Shown here: piece by piece, positions 57,401 to 64,000 of the stretch
Layout: each line of letters opens with the position of its first letter
How positions within the stretch are numbered: the first letter of the stretch is position 1
IMG/VR virus record: IMGVR_UViG_3300042558_002764
Location: 42,906 to 106,905 of that record
Reading direction: 5' to 3' (one strand)
Source of the DNA: a virus
Lineage: Duplodnaviria > Heunggongvirae > Uroviricota > Caudoviricetes
Length of the DNA: 64,000 nt
Notes under the pieces: generated by a model
Told to the model about the DNA's origin: nothing
Databases searched by the model: none
Seen by the model: the letters and a program-made list of their open reading frames with translations, nothing else
Program-made: the position numbers and the translations under genes

Positions 57401-58771
57401 TGTTGTACACAAAGTGTGGTAGGCCAACAAGTTGTGTGGGATGGTACTAATTGTGTATTAGCAAATCCTGTTAATATTAAATGTCCAGATATAACTAATA
57501 TAGCAATTAGCCCAACTGGGGTTGTTTATTATGTCAATAATGGCACAACACAACTATTATCCGCAGAATGTTGTACAAAAGACGTTGTTGGTAATGACGT
57601 AACAATATCAATTAATGGTGAGTGTGTTGTTAGTAATAGTCCTAGTAACTGTACCTTTACTATATTACAAACTGGACTTGTTTCAGGAATATCGACACCA
57701 GATTGTTGTACAGAAAGTGTTGTAGGACAACCCGTTATATGGAATGGTAATTCTTGTAACTTAATACCAAACGACTTTTGTGTTATAATGAGTGTTAGTG
57801 ACGAGAACATATCAAATCTTGAATGTTGTAAAGCTAAAGGTGGTTATATTGGTTTAGATGCTTTTGGTAATCAAGTCTGTCTTGATTTAGCTGACACTTC
57901 TATAAGTGTTTCCACAACAAATTGCCCAACTACTTTTACATTTTTAGATAATTTAGTTTTAATAGGTACAGATACTTTTATACAAACAGAAGTATTGGGT
58001 TCTGATGGTTCTCCTTTAGATGCCAATTGTTGTAAAAATTATACAACAATTACTGGTGATTTAAATTATCATTATGATGTTAATACTAAAAAATGTGTTA
58101 AAACTGAAATTGCTGAATTTACTTCTTGTAGACATACTTTAATAGAAACTTACATGTCCTTATTATACCCACAATATCATGTTGGTAGTAATTATGGTAT
58201 TTACGGTTTAAATGAAAGAGTGTACGTCAAACTTAAGAAATTGATAATAAATGGTTACGATTATTTATCGGGATATTCAAATTTACCGAGTACGGTATTA
58301 GACGCAAATTATTTACCACCTGATAAATGGAATTCAGTACTTTTCATACAAAAAACATTAAATGATTTAAGTATAGATTTTTCTAAAGCACAACTACCTG
58401 GACAACCATTAAATTTATCTAATACACCTAACACACAAGGTACTTTAACAAATATTTTTAATAATGGTTACGGATTCTATTTTATTGGTTTAAACAATTA
58501 TTCATATAAAATTGAGTTGGAAGTCTACACAATATCTAACCCTAGTGACGTAAAAACAATTTACTACTCATCAAGTTCATCAGGTATTGTTGTTAGTGAC
58601 GTTGATATACAAGATGTCACACTAAAAACAGAGTGTGGTTACCAAGTCAAAAGAACAATAAATACTTCAAATGAATCATGTTATACTGTAGGTATGAACA
58701 TAACGGCAGGAATAGATGTAGAACCATCACAATGTTATCCATATATTCTTGGTGGAAATACTTACTTATAA
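54437..58771 (+). CDS. Large baseplate wedge-like protein (gp7/P2-I-like region) with Cys-rich repeats
   Basis: KLLRIYGREFD, LASELG, ELWRRLVIN, LFKSKGHRKVLEFFL resembles a tail-protein-I-like motif; followed by C..CC..C repeats. Confidence 0.7.
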   Translation: MSKKVVPGSITEPYKKGQGDFSPNLVGQQFTNGVTLFTLGNFAITTNASASLSKVYNTGSFSDAYTLNDLNLTIDESQVLSNESLKISLNIDPNRLEGYVYFGSFFQFIKSNIEQILLKWKGSLYVDNLIDDDPERIPRNTVLNYNYDSISGTSTFKIPVSLIKNKFGLVFAQNPLFNINNYGDISDLNNSFLDYQVTNIFGDFYVLGFTGSTSLDNYVYLQVNGNPWPNLNGVGFGSFVYHVRPKEELINKYFFSRLNEFESNMLNRLITPQYTIAVNLPIRTESGTLFSSNRRLTWPTSDGYNLDNGSTEFTNYLNDWIDIGIQMDANKTDLIARRFVSDSIIEFDTEGDNTDVYGRKVNKLLRIYGREFDEVKKYIDGISISRIVTYDKKDNTADELVKVLASELGLDVLLSFFDNNLFNNTLPGNSGEEGYGNPYNVPFSGYSRNLSPKEMDFELWRRLVINAWWLFKSKGHRKVLEFFLNLFGIQKCVVSLDEYLYIAKDKLNADKVYTLLAEYFDQPVDDFISSLTAGEISYPIDQYGFPKVPADGDAFYYQMNGFWYNGGNLSEIGNNPHIGPYDYGKMYLDRFRCFVEDFQGTTTGTTTFITLDNLFKDFNNGDIEDGVSNYGGDYAQILNDNNQISSNATVVMAGGVGDVTYGHSGASLRITFSYGGSNCELTCPTDLIYYDNGIIFANDLTPVAVDLTNIYSLLNTNQQDLIVASQITEQCCSNIGGYYLPSSVSTITTICPTEGQISILPSGLVFGVENETCCTNIVVGTDVYWDGTRCILADINSNTVVDVFTADELFYDPIIQTNNTNFVCYWCPPTNVYCGTEYYDLLINSNKQLKVPSGTNGNGGGGGPINFGCTLGVGTTYNDTDGFSYIISSSSEPAPSGYQMCASFYTSQWTPILGTSPLLYEKGCCRGYRNNNNTGGGATGGAIGEVQLGPASLVYCPNISDIIINNNIVYYNYTANPNTSTVQKLGELCCTQSVVGQQVVWDGTNCVLANPVNIKCPDITNIAISPTGVVYYVNNGTTQLLSAECCTKDVVGNDVTISINGECVVSNSPSNCTFTILQTGLVSGISTPDCCTESVVGQPVIWNGNSCNLIPNDFCVIMSVSDENISNLECCKAKGGYIGLDAFGNQVCLDLADTSISVSTTNCPTTFTFLDNLVLIGTDTFIQTEVLGSDGSPLDANCCKNYTTITGDLNYHYDVNTKKCVKTEIAEFTSCRHTLIETYMSLLYPQYHVGSNYGIYGLNERVYVKLKKLIINGYDYLSGYSNLPSTVLDANYLPPDKWNSVLFIQKTLNDLSIDFSKAQLPGQPLNLSNTPNTQGTLTNIFNNGYGFYFIGLNNYSYKIELEVYTISNPSDVKTIYYSSSSSGIVVSDVDIQDVTLKTECGYQVKRTINTSNESCYTVGMNITAGIDVEPSQCYPYILGGNTYL

Positions 58772-58785
58772 AATATTTAAAATAA

Positions 58786-61098
58786 ATGGGACAAAATAAT
58801 AATATAGCAATAGGTGGTGGAAAAGGAGGGGGAGGTGGAGGACCACTAACACAATCCTGTACACTTACATACCAACCAGGGATAGGTAATGTAATCCCAG
58901 GACCACAAATTATTAACCAATTACCACCTTCTTATCAAAATCAAGGGTACTCTACAACTACCGCAACTCTTAGAGTGTATGGTGGTACACAAGCTGTATC
59001 TGGAGATATTATGTGTACTTCATATAGTACCGCAGCACAATGGACGTATGTGGTAGGTTCAGAAACTACAGCAGCAGGTCCTACTTATACAAAAGGTTGT
59101 TGTACAGCTAGATGGCTTCCTGGTGATAATAATGGAACGGGAGGTTCAACAGGAGTTTCAGCAGGTGGTGCAATAGGAACATTACCATCTTTAGAAATTT
59201 CGAATGTTTGTCCAGATGCCACACAAATATACATAACTTTATCGGGTGATATTTTTTACACCACAAACGGAAATCAAATACCGTTATCACAAGAATGTTG
59301 TAACAGGAATATTGTTGGTTCCGATGTTATATGGATTTCACAAGGTAATACAGGTTTTTGTAAAGTATTAAAAAACTCATGTCCACCAAATATTGCTATT
59401 TCAATAAGTAAAGATACTGTTATTGGTGTAACTAGTCCTGATTGTTGTACACCTGAAGTTACTGGTATACCTAATGTTTATTGGGATTCTACCCATAACT
59501 TATGTAAAATACCTTTAACAAATTATGGTTGTTTATATAGTGATTTTACAACACAACCAGCCAATATACCTGACAGACCTAATGTAGAACAAGTTTTCGG
59601 TACAATTTCAAAAATTAATGAAAGTTTAAATGAGTCTTGTTGTACTAAAGAAATTGTTGGTTTTGATGTAGTTTGGAACCCAATCCTAGGAATCTGTGAA
59701 AAAAGTCCTGATTTAACTATTGGTGGGCCAGACTCCATCAACATCACTTTAAATAGTGAACCAATAAAACCCGATGGTTGTGATGATTTAGTTGTTTCAG
59801 CTAAAATATTTTTTACACAACCATCAGAAATTTGTTTTACTGAATTTTTAACTGCGTCGTTATTAACAAATAACCCGAATGTTGTAATTTCACAATTTGG
59901 GGTCTTTGATTCAAGTGTAGACGGTTTTAATACTTGGGTTGATTTAAGTGCTAGATTTACTGTTAATTCTGGTGAAACTTTTAATTTAATGTTAAATATC
60001 GGTGGTGGAATAATACCTTGCTGTGAATATGATGTTAGAGTAGATAATATTAGGATTGATTGTTATAAAGAAGAAGATAGATTATTTTTTGATACTAAAA
60101 AATGTGTTGGATTTGATTTAGTAAGAGTTATTGATAATAAAAGGTCTTGGGTATATAACCCAGGTTTAGAAAATATCGGGGAATCAACACAGGATAATTT
60201 AATAAGAGATAGGGGTCAGGTAGGGTTAATACAAGGTTATGGTTATGTGAATAGAACATTCGCACCTAGTGCTGATGCAGATATTCCGTGGAGATATACA
60301 GATTATTTTGAACAATCTAACATATTAGAACCACATAGTAATTCCGTTATTATCAGTAAGGAAATGGAACTTACATTTAACATGTGTAGTGATTGTTGTG
60401 TTGAATATAGTAAATGCCCTGATGGGTATTCACTTGTAACAACTACAGGTGGGACTGAATATTGTACAAAAACTGAGACTTATTGTCCTAGTGGATATAC
60501 TTTAAGTGCTGGAACTTGTTATAGTGGAGTCACTACTGCAAGTACGATAGTAGAAACAGTAACAGCATCAACAGGTTCTTATTGTGTAAAAACAGCCACA
60601 CTATTACAATTAGAAGAGTACAAAAAAGTTTTCCAAAGTTTTTGGGTTAGGATGATTGAACAATTTGTACCAGCAACCACAATATTTGTCTCAGGTGAAA
60701 AATGGTGTAATAATGATTCATTTATTTGCCCACAATTTGATGTGTGTGATTTTGATTTTGAATATGTTGAATCTGAAATAACAGTTATTGAATATGGCAC
60801 TAATTTTGTTCCATATACAGGATTCACACTTAATGGTGGGGATGTTGTAACTAGTAATGTTGATAGTACTGTTTTATCTGGTACTAGTTCGGGGACACCA
60901 CACGATTCAACTAACGGACCTATAATTACTGATGGTACAGTAGTAATTTCAACAACACAAGACCCGACAGGGGGTGGTGGAATCGTGGTAGTAAATGTTG
61001 TTACATTAACACAACCACAATTAGAACCTTTACTTAAACAAAAACAAGAATATTATAATAACTTAATTAGAGGTGGAGTAAAAGAAGTATTTGTATAA
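58786..61098 (+). CDS. Cys-rich structural protein sharing a module with the upstream gene
   Basis: N-terminal module parallels 57010-57460; C-terminal FWVRMIEQFVPATTIF. Confidence 0.7.
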   Translation: MGQNNNIAIGGGKGGGGGGPLTQSCTLTYQPGIGNVIPGPQIINQLPPSYQNQGYSTTTATLRVYGGTQAVSGDIMCTSYSTAAQWTYVVGSETTAAGPTYTKGCCTARWLPGDNNGTGGSTGVSAGGAIGTLPSLEISNVCPDATQIYITLSGDIFYTTNGNQIPLSQECCNRNIVGSDVIWISQGNTGFCKVLKNSCPPNIAISISKDTVIGVTSPDCCTPEVTGIPNVYWDSTHNLCKIPLTNYGCLYSDFTTQPANIPDRPNVEQVFGTISKINESLNESCCTKEIVGFDVVWNPILGICEKSPDLTIGGPDSINITLNSEPIKPDGCDDLVVSAKIFFTQPSEICFTEFLTASLLTNNPNVVISQFGVFDSSVDGFNTWVDLSARFTVNSGETFNLMLNIGGGIIPCCEYDVRVDNIRIDCYKEEDRLFFDTKKCVGFDLVRVIDNKRSWVYNPGLENIGESTQDNLIRDRGQVGLIQGYGYVNRTFAPSADADIPWRYTDYFEQSNILEPHSNSVIISKEMELTFNMCSDCCVEYSKCPDGYSLVTTTGGTEYCTKTETYCPSGYTLSAGTCYSGVTTASTIVETVTASTGSYCVKTATLLQLEEYKKVFQSFWVRMIEQFVPATTIFVSGEKWCNNDSFICPQFDVCDFDFEYVESEITVIEYGTNFVPYTGFTLNGGDVVTSNVDSTVLSGTSSGTPHDSTNGPIITDGTVVISTTQDPTGGGGIVVVNVVTLTQPQLEPLLKQKQEYYNNLIRGGVKEVFV

Positions 61099-62702
61099 TG
61101 TGTATATTATGTAAAAATAAAAAAACAGATATCCCTACAGTAAATTTAACTTCTGTAGAACAAACTAATGTTGATAGGTCTTTGGGTTTATCTAACATTT
61201 ACAATATTAGTAATAGTTTAGCTTTTTTAGAAGAAACTTTTTTAAATCCTTTATATAATTTAAGTGGAACAACTAAACCTACATCAGGATTTACAACAAT
61301 AAACTGTAGTGGTTTTACTACGGGTAGTTCTTATTCTACGTCAGCTTGTACTGCCGTTTATAACTTATCTGATGTTGATGAAATAGACTTAGTATTCCAA
61401 ATTACGGGTAATACACAGTATAGTGCATACACTGGTAATTTTTGTTACCACACATTCCAATTAGCTAAATTACCCAAAAATCGTGATTACGTCACAAAAA
61501 TAGATTCAACATATTCAAATTGTTTTGGTTATTCAACAATAACCGCTAATACAATTTATGAAACTATAAATAAATCATCATTACCTGTTATTGATGCTGA
61601 ATATATCATAAAAGATTATAATATATTCCAAACACAAAATCTTGTAGATAATCTTAAGGTAAACACTTTTGATATGTCTACACAAACAAAAGAATCTTTA
61701 TTTGATGATGGTTGGTATTTTGTAACAACAGTTAATCCTGATAAACCCACAATTGGTCAAATCAATACTTTTGATATATTACAAAACGCTACCTTAATTA
61801 CAGAAACCCCTAATTTGTTAGAAGGTTACACATCCGTGTTTAAAATTGGTGGATATGCTTTAAATAATAAATTTATTGTATTTGTTAATGGTATTTTATT
61901 GACAGAAAATTTAGATTGGGTTTATTTAAGTAATTTGGGTAATGGTTATTTTGAAATCATTTCAGGTGAAATAGAACCAACAAAAGATGTAATCCAAGTT
62001 GTTTATTTAAACAATCCAGATGTAACTGTTGATAGTATTAATTTATATGAAAATTATTTGAATATAGATGCGGGAATTGTTAATACTATAACAACTGGTA
62101 TTACATCAGGGGTGACAAGTTTAACAGTAAATTACAACCCTGTAAAAAACAGACAAGAAATATTATTAACAAAACTAAATAGAAGTGAGTCTAGTTTAAT
62201 AATTGTAATTAACGGGGTTAAACTACAAGAAAATGTTGAGTACTTTCTTAGTTCTACGGACAACTCAAAATTAATAATAAACCCTTTAAATCAAATACAA
62301 ATAAATGATGCTATATCTATTTTTTATTTTACAGATTTAGGTTCTAAGTATTTTGACTTAGGGTATTATAGAACATTAACACCAACTATTTTATGGGAAG
62401 CCCCACAATCATATTCTTCTATTAAGAGTGAGGATGGTAAATTCCTAATACAAGTAACTACTTTTGATGATACCCAATTTTTAAATTTAGTACAATCCAA
62501 ATTATATGGATTTGATAGATTACAATCCGAATATTCTACAACATTAGACCAATTACCTACAAATGTAGGTGAAAAATTTTTACTTAGGATATGTTTTTTC
62601 AAAAATTACCATATATTATTTGATAATGTGGTAACAACTAGAAGTGTAAGTGATACAGTATCATTTAAAGTTAACATTGACTATGCTAAAAACAGTTATT
62701 AA
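61098..62702 (+). CDS. Putative structural protein with two short VFVNG/VIING-type repeats
   Basis: FIVFVNGILLTENLDW and LIIVINGVKLQENVEY. Confidence 0.7.
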   Translation: MCILCKNKKTDIPTVNLTSVEQTNVDRSLGLSNIYNISNSLAFLEETFLNPLYNLSGTTKPTSGFTTINCSGFTTGSSYSTSACTAVYNLSDVDEIDLVFQITGNTQYSAYTGNFCYHTFQLAKLPKNRDYVTKIDSTYSNCFGYSTITANTIYETINKSSLPVIDAEYIIKDYNIFQTQNLVDNLKVNTFDMSTQTKESLFDDGWYFVTTVNPDKPTIGQINTFDILQNATLITETPNLLEGYTSVFKIGGYALNNKFIVFVNGILLTENLDWVYLSNLGNGYFEIISGEIEPTKDVIQVVYLNNPDVTVDSINLYENYLNIDAGIVNTITTGITSGVTSLTVNYNPVKNRQEILLTKLNRSESSLIIVINGVKLQENVEYFLSSTDNSKLIINPLNQIQINDAISIFYFTDLGSKYFDLGYYRTLTPTILWEAPQSYSSIKSEDGKFLIQVTTFDDTQFLNLVQSKLYGFDRLQSEYSTTLDQLPTNVGEKFLLRICFFKNYHILFDNVVTTRSVSDTVSFKVNIDYAKNSY

Positions 62703-62704
62703 TA

Positions 62705-64000
62705 ATGGAGAATAAGAGTATAAGAATAAGAACAACACCTGGTGTAGATAAAAATATTAGTTTTGAGTTAAAACAAGACTTTGATTTTATTGAAATCTTA
62801 AGTTTAAAAATAACACAACAAGATGTTTATGAATCTTTTTGTGCTGATTATGGTGTTGTAGTTGGACGTGTAATATCTAATGAAGGTTTTGGTGTCCCGA
62901 ATGCTAAGGTTTCTATATTTATACCTGTTACTAGCGAAGACCAAAAAAATGATTTAATAAATACTTTATACCCTTATAAAACAGTAACTAGTGTTAATGG
63001 TGAGGGATATAGATATAATTTATTATTAGAACAGTCAACTTGTAGTCTTAATCAGGCCGTAGGAACTTTCCCAACAAAAGAAACGTTATTAAATAATGAA
63101 ATTTATTTAGAAATATTTGATAAATATTATAGATATACAACAGTCACTAATGACGCAGGAGATTATATCATATTTGGGGTTCCACCTGGACAACAAACAA
63201 TACACATGGATGTTGATATAAGTGACATAGGATTTTTAAGCCTTAGACCTTATGATTTAAAATCACAAGGATTCACTGATTCTTTATTTGATGGTAAAAA
63301 TTTTAAAAAATCTACTAACCTAGATAGTTTGGCACAAATTAAAACACAAAATAAAGGTGTTGAAGTTGTTCCTTTTTGGGGTGATGAGGAAAGATGTAAT
63401 TTTGGGATTACTAGAGTTGATTTTAATATTGGTAACGATTTAGTTGCTAACGCTATTTTTATGGGTTCAATCTTTACCGATTCTGATAAGAATTATTTAA
63501 AGAAAAGTTGTAGAATTAAAAGATTTATGGGAGACCAAACACAGTTAATTACCGCTTCAGGACAAGTAGATATTCTAAGATTAGAAGTTAATGATGATGG
63601 TGACCCCATAAACATATCAAGATTACCCTCGAAAGAAATTGATGAAAACGGTGTTTATGTATTTACATTACCATTGTATTATGATAAGGTAGTAACAGAT
63701 GAATTCGGTAATTTAGTTAAATCACCAGACCAAACCAAAGGTGTACCCACTAAAGGTAAATATAGATTTAAATTAAAATTTAATGACAATTCAGCCACTT
63801 TTAAAGGTAGAAAAACTTTTAGAACAGCTAGTTTAATAACACCTAGTACAAATAGTTCTGTTAGATTTACTGACGACATTGATAGTTATGCAATGATTAA
63901 TGTTAATACAGATTTTCATACTTTTGAATGGAAACAAGTTTATACTACAACACAATTTATAAGAAAGTTAAAGAAAAGGAAATCTGGTAGATTTGACTTT
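62705..64000 (+). CDS. Putative structural protein (3'-truncated, absent from the ORF track)
   Basis: Manual translation MENKSIRIRTTPGVDKNISFELKQDFDFIEILSL...YGVVVGRVISNEGFGVPNAKVSIF...TNDAGDYIIFGVPPG; no stop seen to the window end; transthyretin/CarboxypepD_reg-like motif. Confidence 0.8.
   Translation, partial: MENKSIRIRTTPGVDKNISFELKQDFDFIEILSLKITQQDVYESFCADYGVVVGRVISNEGFGVPNAKVSIFIPVTSEDQKNDLINTLYPYKTVTSVNGEGYRYNLLLEQSTCSLNQAVGTFPTKETLLNNEIYLEIFDKYYRYTTVTNDAGDYIIFGVPPGQQTIHMDVDISDIGFLSLRPYDLKSQGFTDSLFDGKNFKKSTNLDSLAQIKTQNKGVEVVPFWGDEERCNFGITRVDFNIGNDLVANAIFMGSIFTDSDKNYLKKSCRIKRFMGDQTQLITASGQVDILRLEVNDDGDPINISRLPSKEIDENGVYVFTLPLYYDKVVTDEFGNLVKSPDQTKGVPTKGKYRFKLKFNDNSATFKGRKTFRTASLITPSTNSSVRFTDDIDSYAMINVNTDFHTFEWKQVYTTTQFIRKLKKRKSGRFDF

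Noticed and set aside
1-64000. Stop-codon reassignment (code 15/4) seen in some jumbo phages
   Set aside because: Core genes are full-length in the standard code, and both TAG (1387, 14367) and TGA (7048, 11848) end genes at plausible positions.
1-64000. tRNA, rRNA, CRISPR arrays, IS elements or introns
   Set aside because: Intergenic gaps are short and AT-rich with only terminator-like hairpins; none recognised by eye, and tRNAscan/Infernal were not run.

Overview
A 64-kb, strongly AT-rich, densely coding segment of a large contractile-tailed dsDNA phage (T4-superfamily-like jumbo myovirus), readable in the standard genetic code. It holds a tail/baseplate morphogenesis block: tail fibre, sheath, tube, gp26/gp51-like chaperone pair, tape measure, tube initiator with an OmpA-like insert, LysM/gp53-like protein and hub. 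It also holds a replication/recombination block (gp32-like SSB, UvsX/RecA, 5'-3' exonuclease, DnaB-like helicase, class II RNR), a second baseplate block (gp25, gp6/J-like, Cys-rich wedge/fibre proteins), and minus-strand accessory genes (ClpP, M20/M28 peptidase, 2OG-Fe(II) oxygenase, small membrane protein, and a 52-aa RHH-like gene missed by the ORF track). A Bacteroidota host is inferred from TTTG-N19-TAnnTTTG promoters, A-rich leaders without Shine-Dalgarno motifs and a Bacteroidota-style ClpP. The most striking feature is a split baseplate hub. Its 1725-aa N-terminal half ends in a complete Hint (intein-like) domain that lacks the +1 splicing nucleophile. It is followed immediately by three tandem paralogous C-terminal halves with near-identical Ser2 N-termini but different effectors (M15 peptidase; unknown domain; tail lysozyme plus SGNH-like domain). 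This suggests a combinatorial, possibly Hint-ligated, tail-tip lysin system. All functional calls come from motif recognition by eye; no database search was run.
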